DNA of 64,000 bases from Sporopachydermia quercuum (Eukaryota): the NCBI GenBank assembly GCA_001599295.1, contig BCGN01000004.1, positions 1,799,676 to 1,863,675 of the forward strand, read 5' to 3'. This document shows positions 33,255-45,709 of the stretch, one piece after another. The position numbers were made by a program, and so were the translations under genes. The notes below the pieces were generated by a model, which had not been told where the DNA came from, searched no databases, and was given only the letters and a program-made list of their open reading frames with translations. Position 1 is the stretch's first letter; each line of letters starts with the position of its first letter.

Positions 33255-33568
33255 TATGGATATATATATGTATATGGTACTTATTGATTCTATCGTAAAT
33301 ATCAATCTACTAACACTACTTCATCAAGATCCTAAATTCCCTTTCAATAATAACGTCACGCTAGCTATTGGTGATAGTGCAATATACCTATTATTCCTCC
33401 TGGTCCAAGCATAGAGGAAAGATGTTGCATGCGCAATCTTTCCATGAACAAGTTTCGAGCAAAGAGTGCGTAATTCTCAGAATGCGTCGCTTATTTCTGT
33501 CATGAGAAGCTTCATATATAAAAATGCACAGTCACCTCGAGACCATATCTGGTAATACGTTTTTAATA

Positions 33569-33578
33569 CCTAATTAGG
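33569..33578. promoter_or_regulatory. palindromic CArG/Mcm1-type site upstream of eL28
   Basis: CCTAATTAGG ~315 bp upstream of the ATG; Homol-D-like CAGTCAC at 33529-33535. Confidence 0.4.
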
Positions 33579-33735
33579 CATTAAAGTTTTTGGTTCTCGT
33601 GTAAAACATTATAGGGTATAGACAATTCAATAAGTCCTACGACTTTATCATTGTCTTAATTTGCAATAGCTTTTACTACAAATAAAACTATATTGCAATT
33701 GTTCGAGAAGCAAATAAATAANCATCATAAACACA

Positions 33736-35280
33736 CTATATAGTAGACGCAATGATTTCTTTAGCAGCAATTCTACCGAATACAACACATTCGAGCAATG
33801 AGCTACCGCCTAATCTATTTGCACCATGAACACCTCCGGTTACTTCTCCAGCAGCATAAATTCCATCAAATACCTCTTTATCGGAGCCTTTCTTCAAAAC
33901 TCTAGCTCTATTATCTATTAATACACCTCCCATCGTAAAATGGACAACAGGTGTGACTTTGCCAATGTATATAGGTGTACTAGCACCTTTAGTCAAATCA
34001 AAGGGTGCACCGAAAAGTGGCCTAGCTAAGGGGTCTGTTTCTTCTCCAACGACATATTTATTATATTGTTTCAATTCTTGTATCAATGCTTCAGCTTTTG
34101 ACTTGTCTTCAACTGCTTCACCAATGGTAGTCCTAGTCATTAGCTTCTTAAACTCGTAAAACTTCATATGGTCGGCTATTTCTTTCTCATCCTCTTCGTT
34201 GAGGATTAGATATACTTGACGATTAGTTGATGTAGGTAGTTTTAAAATGGCATTCGTGACATTATCTCGTGTTGTTAATTCGTTGACAAATCTTGTCATT
34301 GTCGCAGGATTTATAAGTACACCACCTACTCCCCTCAAAGCCTCAGCAGCAAGAATCTTATACTTCTCATTCACATAAGTAGGATCAACAAAACCTGTCG
34401 GATGAACCTGAATTTGATCCATTTGAACAAGATCAGCTCCCAATTTACTCAAAATGGTTTGTCCATTTCCTGCTGTAGCTAATCCATTTGTGGTGGGAAA
34501 ATCTACTAGATCAGCTCGGTATTTACTTAGTAATTCAACTGATCCTGAAAATCCTCCAGATGCGAAAATTAAAAAATCAGTTTCAAGTTGTACATTTTCT
34601 GTATTTTCCTTCTTGTAGATCACACTATTAACGCGGTTACTCTCTAACTTAATATCGGTAAGTTCTGCATTATAGATGATCTCGACAGGAGCTGTAGTTG
34701 ATTCCGTGATCTTNTTGAACAACGTACTCATGATAGAAAACCCTGGAGGAAGCTTCCCCGTACCTCTATGAGTTCTTGGAACAGAATGACCACCTAATTC
34801 ATTCACTTTAGCTAAATCGATACCATTTACTTCATTGAGCCAGTGAATTGCTTCAGCTGAGTGTGAACATAGAGTATCAACTAGAGTTCTGTAACATAGT
34901 CCTTTACCTGATTTCAATGTATCATTGACAAACAACTCAGGAGAATCATTCAGTATGTTCAGCTCCTTCTGAAATTTAGTCGCAGCACCATTTATACCTG
35001 ATGAAGCTTTGATAGAGTTTCCTCCATACTTTTCTGTCTTCTCTAGTAAGTAAATTTTACCCCAGTTACGCCCTGAGTTGATGAGCTCAACGGTTGCTGA
35101 GAGGCCAGCTAGTCCACCTCCAACCACTGTAACTATTGGTTTCTCAAATTTCATATCTGATGCTGAACGGGTATTTGATTTGAGGAACGGAGTCCTGGTG
35201 CTGATTATTTTATACAAATATGAGATAATGTATGCAATTATTATATATGCAATCAATCGGAATACTGAACTTCTTCTCAT
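33736..35280 (-). CDS. OSM1: FAD-dependent fumarate reductase (Osm1/Frd1 family) with N-terminal signal anchor, 514 aa
   Basis: VVGGGLAGLSA, GGNSIKASSGING, LGGHSVPRTHR, QVHPTGF, VHFTMGG, GVHGANRLGGSSLLECVVFGR. First ATG is 35280; the track start is TTG. Confidence 0.9.
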   Translation of the reverse strand: MRRSSVFRLIAYIIIAYIISYLYKIISTRTPFLKSNTRSASDMKFEKPIVTVVGGGLAGLSATVELINSGRNWGKIYLLEKTEKYGGNSIKASSGINGAATKFQKELNILNDSPELFVNDTLKSGKGLCYRTLVDTLCSHSAEAIHWLNEVNGIDLAKVNELGGHSVPRTHRGTGKLPPGFSIMSTLFXKITESTTAPVEIIYNAELTDIKLESNRVNSVIYKKENTENVQLETDFLIFASGGFSGSVELLSKYRADLVDFPTTNGLATAGNGQTILSKLGADLVQMDQIQVHPTGFVDPTYVNEKYKILAAEALRGVGGVLINPATMTRFVNELTTRDNVTNAILKLPTSTNRQVYLILNEEDEKEIADHMKFYEFKKLMTRTTIGEAVEDKSKAEALIQELKQYNKYVVGEETDPLARPLFGAPFDLTKGASTPIYIGKVTPVVHFTMGGVLIDNRARVLKKGSDKEVFDGIYAAGEVTGGVHGANRLGGSSLLECVVFGRIAAKEIIASTI

Positions 35281-36017
35281 TGGTTTTCTATTCTTGAGAA
35301 GATTAAGGGGCCGCAAAAAGGTGTGGTATATATGATAAAAGATTCACTTGCGGTTGTCAAGGGAATAAGTAGAANTCTTGAATAAATGATATATATAAAA
35401 CTCAAGTGAGTAATGCGGTGTACATTTCCTTCATGAACAATAGAGATTTACTCTGAGAAGTACTTCTATTCCTTGTTAGAACTGTTCAAGTCCATAACAA
35501 CCGGGAGCATGTCATGTTATATTCAACGCATAATTCATGTAAGGGGCTGCAAGTACGTAAGGTTATACAACTCTAAAATTTAAGATTTTCTAATACAAGC
35601 CAACTCAAAGGTTAATTTATAAGCTCATTATTTAGTCAAAACCTTATCTAAACGAAGAATTGTGGAGATTCACTTTTAACATATTTTATTGATTCCCCGA
35701 CTCAATTACAATTAAATTAGATAAGTCAATAGAATATACATTTTTATTTATCTTATCATAAATTCATTACATAATAAACACAGATCATTCAATAAAAAAT
35801 ATTTCAAAGTACTAATAAAAACAAAACCTAAAAAGCTGCAGGCACTTTACTGTACCTGTAACGCTTAAGTACGGTTCAATCTCTTGTATGAAATGACAAC
35901 GAATAAATTACCTCTTCATACTCAAATTGCTTTTCCTTTATTTCGTTATCAATTTCCTATCATATTTGTCATTAGCCTTATCATTATCACGTAATACCAC
36001 AATCAACGCATCACAAT

Positions 36018-39000
36018 TCACATAACCTCCATCACACTTGAGAATCCACCAAATTCCAAACCAAAACTAATCAAAGTATCAATAATATCAGTTCTTCTTT
36101 TATAAGCAATTTTTCCGTCAGATCCTTTATTACCACCAATCCAAATTCTCGCTATTCCTGCTAGCTTCTCAAGTTTAAACCTATCTTGGTCACTTAGTAA
36201 ATTATTATCATACAATTCAGGAGAGTCACTAATCTTTTTTACTATCGTCGATAAGCAATCAAATAATGAAGCAAATCCTAAAATCCCCATATCATCAATT
36301 GATTCCATCTTTAATTTGCCTAGAAAATGTAGACCATTTGATAAATCATCACGAATAAGGAAGTTATTAGCAAAAGCACAGTAAAGAGCAACTTGATAAT
36401 CTCGAGAAATTGCCAATTCATTAATAGAATCATCTTTAATTAATTTAACTGCTTTGTTCAAAGAGTTAAAATTATCTCGCTTATTACCATTGAATGTTGC
36501 ATGAGCAATAACAGCTCTTCGGTGAACCATTGAAAGTTCAGGAGCAATGTCAACACATTTCTTCAACATATGATCAATATTGAGCGTTGATTTCTCTTCT
36601 AACTTGCAAACTAACACTTCAACAAGAATGTAATTAGCATAGAAAGCTGCAATTATGTCCAACGGTGAATATATTGAGTGATCAGTGAGAATTGATCCAT
36701 ACCCTTGTAAATCAAAGCAATCTTCACATTTATAACTCAATGGTTTATTGGAAACAATATTTGAGAGCATCTGAATGATCTCCTGGTTGTCAAGAATATC
36801 ACCATTTAATGCTAGATACTTTAAATATGAAGCTTGAGAAACTGATTCCTCCTTATATTCAGTTCTTTCTTGTTCGTTTTGATCATCATATAGGCCAAAA
36901 GATGATAAATACATTTTCTTTGCTTTTTTCCAATAAAACTTTGACAGTCTATTCATCATTGTTTTTATTAAATAGCTACCAGAAAGGTTCGAAATCACTT
37001 TGGCNTGAATTGCTCTTGTCAGATTTCTACTAACGGTATCCGGCAATAGTATTCCAATGAAAAACGTATAAATCAGCNTTAAGATTGAGAAGTTATTATC
37101 TCCACCAGCAAGTTGGGCTTCAATCGCTTTCTCCCATAAAGAAGCCTCTACTAAGTTCAGCTCTTTAGTGTTAAAGACAGTGACAACGCTCTTTAACGCT
37201 TCATCACCAAACAACAATTTGACTACAACTAGGAATATCACTTTAGAAAACATGATAATAACGTTGAAGATGTTGTTGTTCTTACTGGGTAAAGCTTCAT
37301 TTTCAGTACAATGTAGCCAAATCTTCTTCCGGGTCTCCATTGGGGTTGAGTTTTTTCTCATTCTACTAACAGACTGTGTGAATTGTTTTTCATTCGCATC
37401 NTTTGAACTTGATGAAAACACATCTGAGAAAATATAGAATATAGTTGAGAGGATCAATCCAATTTTCAGAAGAGGCATAGAAGATTCAGAGAAGAATTTG
37501 CCAGCAGTAACAGTAGATTTCGAAGCTGTGGTAGAAATAGATTGAAATCCAACCATTGGGAAAGCAAACAAACCTCTGGTATCATAATTAGAGAAATCAT
37601 CAATCATGCCTGAAGCAACGACACCTGCCATTGTTCCCAATAGTATTTTAGACCTATTAGACGTTGGNGAAATTGAGTTATCATTACAGGTGGAATTGTC
37701 ATTTGAAGCGTTATTCGGACTGATATTAGTGCTACCACTAGCAATTCTTTCATTTGGTGAACTGGAAGCTGATGAGGCTGATGAATTCAGGTGACCAGGT
37801 GATACAACAGAATCAATGGATGATGTAGGAGAAAATGGTGATGACGATTTTCTCTTATTGTTTCTGTTGTCGTTAGTAGAACTGGTAGGGCTGTTCAAGT
37901 TATCGAAAACAAAATCTGAGCTAGTGATAAGTAATTTACTTTTCAATAGTTGATTCTCCTGTAATAGCTTTTCATTCTTGGACTCTAAATGATGAATATA
38001 CTCAGTAGCTTTTGTTAAAACTGTAGCTTTATTCAATTTAGTTGCTGGGGCTAGTCCATCGAGATTGTCAACAGTAGATTGCTCATCAGAATTAACTAAT
38101 ACTTTCAATGATGGTACGCTATCTCTAAGAGCAATGATTTTATCATTGATGTTAGTTCTATATCTTTTCTCGACCATGTTGTGAGCAGATTTTTCTTTTC
38201 TTGCTGGTTTAACTACTTTACCTGTTGTCCTATCAATCGTGGCATGAAAAGTTATAGCGTTAGTACTTATATTCAATTTTGCTGCCGCAGTTGTAAGACT
38301 GCTGTTTCTACCAGATGCCAGCGGTTTATTTGATTTTGATCCAGTAATTGGCTGGGGGGCTGACAGAGACCTTGGCTGGGTCAAAACATGTTTCAAAGGT
38401 TCTGGGGATAATAACTCCTTTTTGATGTTGGTATTTTTACTCACATTGCCAAAAGCTTCTCCTGATGCCAATGAAGTTGAAGAAGAATAATTTGAACGAC
38501 TGATCATCGAATTTGAGGTATATGATGAATTTGTTAGAGAAACCGTCGACTCTGATACTGAAACTTGGTCATCCATTGAAATTGAGAATGGTGATAGCTG
38601 TTCTTTTGTTATTCCCTCCGATTTGAATGGTGCATTGATTGTTGATTGAAATTCAAATTCATTCGAGTTGTTTACGCAATTATCTGATTTTGAGGAGAGT
38701 TTTGATCCTCCAAATAGAGGATTCATAAAATCTTGTGATTCTACACCCCAAGGGTTATTATTGATGTCAGTTTGACTCTCTAATAAAAAGTTATGTTGAT
38801 GGTAGAGTTCATTAGTAGAAGCAGCTGCGGTATTGTTTGGCTGAGAAGTATGAAGATTGTTGATTGATTGGAAGTTATCTTTCATATCAATGTCATAAGG
38901 AAAGTTTTCATATTCCGGAATGTTGCCGAAGATTTCTTCTTCTACACTTCTTTCATTTGTAGAAAATGAAGAGTTAGAATTAATGCTTGGTTTATTTTCA

Positions 39001-39065
39001 GTTGAAGAGTTGATTGACGCTAAGAAGGCATCACAGTCTTCTATTGAGAAGGGTGAGCCTGACAT
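36018..39065 (-). CDS. SRE1: sterol regulatory element-binding protein (SREBP; Sre1/SrbA-like): bHLH-ZIP, TM hairpin and DUF2014-like C-terminus
   Basis: HNMVEKRYRTNINDKI with the SREBP-diagnostic Tyr; LNKATVLTKATEYI; hydrophobic KILLGTMAGVVA...RGLFAFP and LLKIGLILSTIFYIF; WEKAIEAQLAGGD. Confidence 0.9.
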   Translation of the reverse strand: MSGSPFSIEDCDAFLASINSSTENKPSINSNSSFSTNERSVEEEIFGNIPEYENFPYDIDMKDNFQSINNLHTSQPNNTAAASTNELYHQHNFLLESQTDINNNPWGVESQDFMNPLFGGSKLSSKSDNCVNNSNEFEFQSTINAPFKSEGITKEQLSPFSISMDDQVSVSESTVSLTNSSYTSNSMISRSNYSSSTSLASGEAFGNVSKNTNIKKELLSPEPLKHVLTQPRSLSAPQPITGSKSNKPLASGRNSSLTTAAAKLNISTNAITFHATIDRTTGKVVKPARKEKSAHNMVEKRYRTNINDKIIALRDSVPSLKVLVNSDEQSTVDNLDGLAPATKLNKATVLTKATEYIHHLESKNEKLLQENQLLKSKLLITSSDFVFDNLNSPTSSTNDNRNNKRKSSSPFSPTSSIDSVVSPGHLNSSASSASSSPNERIASGSTNISPNNASNDNSTCNDNSIXPTSNRSKILLGTMAGVVASGMIDDFSNYDTRGLFAFPMVGFQSISTTASKSTVTAGKFFSESSMPLLKIGLILSTIFYIFSDVFSSSSXDANEKQFTQSVSRMRKNSTPMETRKKIWLHCTENEALPSKNNNIFNVIIMFSKVIFLVVVKLLFGDEALKSVVTVFNTKELNLVEASLWEKAIEAQLAGGDNNFSILXLIYTFFIGILLPDTVSRNLTRAIXAKVISNLSGSYLIKTMMNRLSKFYWKKAKKMYLSSFGLYDDQNEQERTEYKEESVSQASYLKYLALNGDILDNQEIIQMLSNIVSNKPLSYKCEDCFDLQGYGSILTDHSIYSPLDIIAAFYANYILVEVLVCKLEEKSTLNIDHMLKKCVDIAPELSMVHRRAVIAHATFNGNKRDNFNSLNKAVKLIKDDSINELAISRDYQVALYCAFANNFLIRDDLSNGLHFLGKLKMESIDDMGILGFASLFDCLSTIVKKISDSPELYDNNLLSDQDRFKLEKLAGIARIWIGGNKGSDGKIAYKRRTDIIDTLISFGLEFGGFSSVMEVM

Positions 39066-41123
39066 GTTTGATTGAAATACAGCTGCAAATCAAAATAACT
39101 AAATATTGACTATATGGTTTGACGATTTGTTTCTTGATTAAAGCGGCGATGCAGTCAATAATAGGACTAAATGCTGTAAAGTATTGTTACTTGGTAAGCT
39201 AATGGTATTGAGATTCCTGTTGAAAGAAGTCGAATGTTTGTTTCAACAGTATTGAATACTACTTAGCATCACTAGCAAAATTATGATGGCCAAAAGTGAT
39301 ACCAAGTAATAACAATCAAAGATATNTCGTTTTACATATGGTGAATCAGGATCAGAATGTGGTGGGTTGCTAAGGTGTAAACTTCATTTGGTTCAATTAT
39401 TTCATTGTTGACAGTGTCAAGTAAAACGTCAAGGTAAAAAAAATTAGAAAATATGGGAATAGACGAGTAATAATAATTATAAAGAGAAGTTTACATGTGC
39501 GAGAAATATGGAANGAGGCTACTAGCTAAGGGAGCGCAGGAATAAATAATATAATAAAGATCTGGCAATTTGAACAGAAAAGTAGAATGTNAAAAATAGA
39601 GTTAAACTTAGCTAAATTGTCTATTAACGTTTATAAAAATAAACACTAATCCTAATCTTAATCTTATTCTTAGATGGTGGGGTTGGGTTGGTTTGTATGT
39701 TCTTCAATTAGCTTTTTTTTGAAGATATAGTGATTTAGAAAGTAATTATAATGTAATAAAACTAAGTCAGCATCATTTTTTTAGTTACAATAGAAACTCT
39801 TTGTTTAGNTTCTCTATTTGGCGTTCCTTGGACACCTAATAATGGAGTCTAATGTTACACCTAAAACTATCTAATCCTCACAACTTTGCGTTAGCGATTT
39901 AATCTTTAGGTTGCTAGATTTGCAAACTATATTTTGTAGTATAGCATCCTTGTCTTGTCTTGTGGTATTCTATTCATGAACCTGATAATCAATTAATGCA
40001 CTTTTTTACATCATCATTAAACATAAAATATAAAACTTGGAATAATACCCTCATAATATTAATATCTTGAGACCGTTGGAAAAAAAACAGTGGTCACTCC
40101 ACAATTCTTCCACTGAGTGAAACATGAATTCAACATCTCTGAATTATTGTAGTTCATTGCTACTCATAGACTCTTATGCTGTGTTGTTTACAACTCCAAT
40201 TAACGTTTGCCAAACTGCAATTGTTTCAAACAAAGAAAGAAAGAAAAAAATTAATATAGGTATTAGAAATTATAGCAAATTTTAGATGAGTTACGCAGTA
40301 ATGAACGTGAGCGTGTGAGAGTTTAACTAATCACTCGATGCTGGGATATTAGGAATTGTATTACAATATATTATATATATATCCTTGAACTTCATTATTG
40401 ATGTTCATGTTCATGTAAACACTTGCTTGGCAAGCTAACTGTTTCTTGAGAGGCATCTCCATTTACTGAAATATATCACAATAATACACCAGTTTTGTAG
40501 GAGGTAAATCGGATTTCCATCAAGATAGCATACTAAACCAAAGAAGTCTTCATCAATTCTAGACTGGTTAAAAGAATTGAACATGTGCAATATCGCCATA
40601 ATTAACCACAGATTCCGGTTCGATTCTTTTGCCACTGCCATGACTGTCTACAATAAAATAGAGTCCTCTGGCTCAATAAAAGAACATTATAAGAATATTT
40701 GTTCAAGAATAACAATTGTTGGTATGTGGCGTGATAATATTAAATGAAAATTGATTTTAAACGAATTTCAAGGAATGACCGAGCGTATTTTTAACCTTAA
40801 TCATTTATAAAACCATTATTACTTATTTAGGAAGGGAAATATGTTGGATTNCAGTAAATGTTCAACTTTAATTTAGATTCGGTTTCAAGATTTTCTATCA
40901 CACATTATTTACAGAATATAATATGTTTCAAATCAAATAAAAAGAGTCAGACATACAAGGCTGCTTGAAGGATAGCAGACCAACAGATGTTTTCTTTTGA
41001 GTTGACGGGATAAATTGAAATAATGATGGCACAATTTTTCTTTGATGGATGGTAGCAACAGAGAGCAGATCATTAGTTGAATTGGAAAGATCAGAGCGAT
41101 CATTTTGATTTGAAATCTCAGAC

Positions 41124-41140
41124 AGATAGATAGATAGATA
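41124..41140. repeat. (AGAT)4 microsatellite
   Basis: agatagatagatagata read directly. Confidence 0.8.
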
Positions 41141-43161
41141 TATTGATTGTAAGTGATTGTAGAAATTCGAGAGTTAAACTTTCTTTGCTTATATAGGGTT
41201 AGAATGGAGTGTCAAATAATTGGTCGAGCGTGTTAGTCTTCTGATTATCGTTTTCAGAAGCATTCAAAGCCTTAATTCCATCGTGCCCAGTGATTGAAGT
41301 GTTGAAACTGTAAGCACTTCATTTGTTTCTTCTGTATTACTATTCAGTTTCAAAGAACTTGTTTGTTTTCTTTTCCGCTCAAAATCTATCCAAAATCCTT
41401 ATCCTATCCTTACACTTTGTTCACTGAGAAAGATTCCGTCTTCCTAAAGTTTGAAGGAAAAAAAGGAAGTGGTCCGACTTTAAGTTTGCTTTTTTGGTTT
41501 AGTGTTTTACTTAAGATTTTCTTAGTAAACTATAACCTTAAATATATGTATTATTATGTAACTCAGAAACGGGAACTGAATGCTCACTTCTAGAAAGTAA
41601 AACCTTAAATCCAGATCTCATCGGTTACAACCTTGCTTACCNAATTGACACATTCGATACTGACAGCTTTTTAACATATATTTTTAGAAGAGTTGTTGTA
41701 CACGCGTTTGTGAAAGCAATTTTACCACAAGAAATGAAAATGAGTAGCTTGATGCCTCATCATCTAAATGAACTTGGTGGTATGAAGTTATTGTGACTGG
41801 CACTTGAGGCTCTTTTTCACTTCATTCAAATACAAGGTGAAAACTGGAAACCGTACCCAGTTTGCTTTCGATTAGATCGATATGAGTAATTTGAACTGCA
41901 AATACTTCTTGATGAAATTGTTGANGATTCGAGAGTTGAAATGGCTGTTAGGTTGATGGGCATGGCTGATTGTACCTATCCAGCAAGTTTGTTTTTTGAA
42001 ATTTCATAGACTTTCAATTATTTCAAAAACGTACGCTTAATAATAGAATGATATATTCATATTTATGTCTCAAATCAACTGTCACTCTATGGAGCCTTTT
42101 GTAAAATAAAATCATAACTAATTGCCATCTCTAGGTAATTCTATGATGATGTTTTTCAAGCATATGAAATTAATAATCCAAAATTCGATCTTTATCAAAC
42201 ATTACCCTTTTAGACTTATGTTCCGTAGATAAGTGGCTGAACAGTCGGAAGAACATTTTTTATTTGCCGGGTAACCTATGTTTGGCAGCTCGTGACTTAT
42301 TGAATCAGTAGGATGTCTGGGTGTTGATAGGACGTTGATATCTCTGTTTATTTGTCTGATGCATATATTCAAAACATCTCAAAATCGATCAGGATTTGAT
42401 CAAAGATGTTGTGTGATAAAACATATTCTATTGTCATATACTCCGTAATTTAAAATCCAATAGCACTTTCTTGTAAATTTTGTTACTCCAATTGTAGTCA
42501 TTTGATGTAGCAAGTAGACTTATCAAGTTACCCCAGTTAGTTGACACTACAAAGCAACCTTGATGACAAATTTATGTCCCTTTCGCTATCTATATCGCTA
42601 GAGGACAGGAACAAACGGAATATGGAGTTTTGCTCACCTCAGTATACAAATCACAATCTCACTTCAAAATCATTTCAGGTTTTGGTATCTCTTCCAAAAA
42701 TATTATAAATCCACACAAACTATTCCCATTAAAGAAAGTACGGTGGGTAAGTAACTTCTACTGAACATTCATGTCACACTGCCTTCTTTCGTGTCAGATC
42801 CCTCTGACTAAGGTTTGTCCATTTCATGACGATAATCTTTACTTTGTAACATTCTCACTTTGCGAAAGTTCTCTCTCCTTCTTTCATTCACCTTTGCTCT
42901 TCTACACATTTATCTTCTAATACATAGGTCATTTTTCTTAAAAATCATATAATACTCATGGTGTTATTTATCAAAATTTATCCTGATTGGTAACTGATTT
43001 CATTATACTTTAATACTATAATACCAGACAAGATTATAAAGCATTCTTTTATTCTTCTAGTTAAGAATTTGACAACTCATTGTTTAGGAGGTTTGTGTTG
43101 ACATAGGCCAGCGTACCAACCACCGAATACATTTTCATATATCTACATATAAATATCAACG

Positions 43162-43820
<659 letters not shown>

Positions 43821-44146
43821 TCAGTGTATTTGCAATATCAGATCCAGGGTAATATAGAATTGTTTGAGTCTAAGAAGCGATAGAATAATTAAGAGTTTCT
43901 TGACTTTACGATTTCAATGACTGTCTTTTTCTGTACATTTGATAAATCAGTCACCATAGTTCATTCCACGGACTTATTTTACTGAAGTACTCAATGGACA
44001 AGTTTAGTTTATAAATTTTCATGTTTCTATAGAGATTCAACAATATCAGATTACTCTTTTATGATAAATAGGTATTATCACCCATCTATAGAGATATTTT
44101 AAACCTATCCAGTTTAACTATTTTAACTGTTTTAGCTATTATTCCT

Positions 44147-45254
44147 TTATAATTTTGTCTTGAATGGAATGCCTTCATATTGATCCAAGGCAAGTTGAAC
44201 AGCTTTCATTGACATTCCAAGCCCGCTTTGATAACCATTTCCACTGGCACCATAGTTATGTACAATCAATTTACCAACTTCAACTTCCTCTCTTTCAATT
44301 CTAGTACCACCTTGTCTAGAGGGTCTCAACCCTGCTACTTCCCTTAAAATCTCAACAGGTCTCTCCAATATTTTTGGCAAAAGAGTAGTAGTCCGTTCAA
44401 TAATATCTTTCGTCTCATAGCCAAAAGTATCTCCAGTCCAGTTATCCTTTTGTAGAAAGCCACCTAAAATAAGCTGATCATCTGAATGAGGACGAGGGAT
44501 AATGTATGTAGCATATGACTTTCCCCATCTATGCATATTTTCTTTGATATGAGGAGCCTTAATAACAACAACCTGTCCCCTTGTTGCATATACCTTTGAA
44601 TCCTTGACACCTTCCAAAAATCTGGCTCCGATACCTGTACAGTTGAACACATATTTGGTGTCACTTTTCCAGAAAGCTTGAGATATATGTGTGAGCTTCT
44701 TTCTCTCAAACTTCACACCTTCCCTTGCCAAATAGTCTGCCATATTGACTAAAAACTTTGGACAGTTGAAATCCCAAGTGGTGTACTTTACCCCAAATTT
44801 TGCTCCTACTGGTAAGCTTTCAGGAGGTAGGATTTGAAAGCCATTCAAATAGGTACTTAAATCTTTGATCTTTCTCTTATTGGGTAAATAGTCCCAGTAC
44901 TCAGTTGTGGGATATTGCTGTAAGCCACATTCTGGTCCTCCTAATTTCTTTTGAATGACATGCAAATTAGTGTAAGTAAATTTATCGTATGCCAACGTAG
45001 CTTCATCGTTTGCTGAGATAGCAGAAAAATTACCACCAGCCCATGGCGAAGTGTAGTAAGTAGATTGATCACCAGGAAGATATTCAGCAATGATTGTTAC
45101 ATCTTTGATTCCTTTCTCAATCAGAATATACCCGGTATATAATCCAATGATACCTGATCTAATAAAACATCAATTTTGGTTAATATATACCACAAGAATG
45201 AAATGTTTGTTCATCAAAGCGCTATACGTACCCAACTATAACGTATTCACTCAT
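44147..45254 (-). CDS. D-amino-acid/D-aspartate oxidase family flavoprotein; exons 45254-45232 and 45158-44147, 344 aa
   Basis: Splicing out 45159-45231 (GTACGT, TATTAAC, TAG) rebuilds the FAD motif VIVG|SGIIGL. Also YTSPWAGGN, RGQVV, GLRPSR, HNYGASGNGYQSG and a PTS1-like -TKL end. Confidence 0.92.
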
Positions 45255-45639
45255 GATCGATTTGTTCTCAATTGCCCTAGACCAAATAAAAATGTATATT
45301 ATCAATTGTTTGAATTAAGATTAAAAGAATAACAAAATGGTCATTTAAAATATTCATGGAGACTTTTCATCACAAATTTGTAAGCCAATTGATAATACAA
45401 TGCAGCAAGTGATATTATGAAGTACAACTAACTTATGATGCTAAAGAGCAAACCACCAATTTTCACTTTCACTTTTACTTTCGCTTTTATATATTATTTT
45501 TCATCGCCTTACTGCCCATCTACGAGGTTGTTCGTTTTAATTTATAACAATGCCAATGTTTATTACTTTTTTCATGTGAATGAATTGAAAAATAAATAAT
45601 GTAAACTGATAGTAATTAATGCGGCTTTAGGGCTCCGGT

Positions 45640-45709
45640 TGACTCATTCTTGAAATTTAATTTGTCCTTCAGTTTCCTTATCAGTGATGAGGCACTTAAT
45701 GGAGATAAG
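45640..45709. promoter_or_regulatory. TGACTCA (Gcn4/AP-1) plus two GATAAG (GATA/nitrogen catabolite repression) sites upstream of DAO
   Basis: TGACTCA 45640-45646, CTTATC 45677-45682, GATAAG 45704-45709. Confidence 0.45.

Noticed and set aside
40550..40640. tRNA gene around GGTTCGATTC
   Set aside because: No T-stem, acceptor stem or anticodon arm can be paired.
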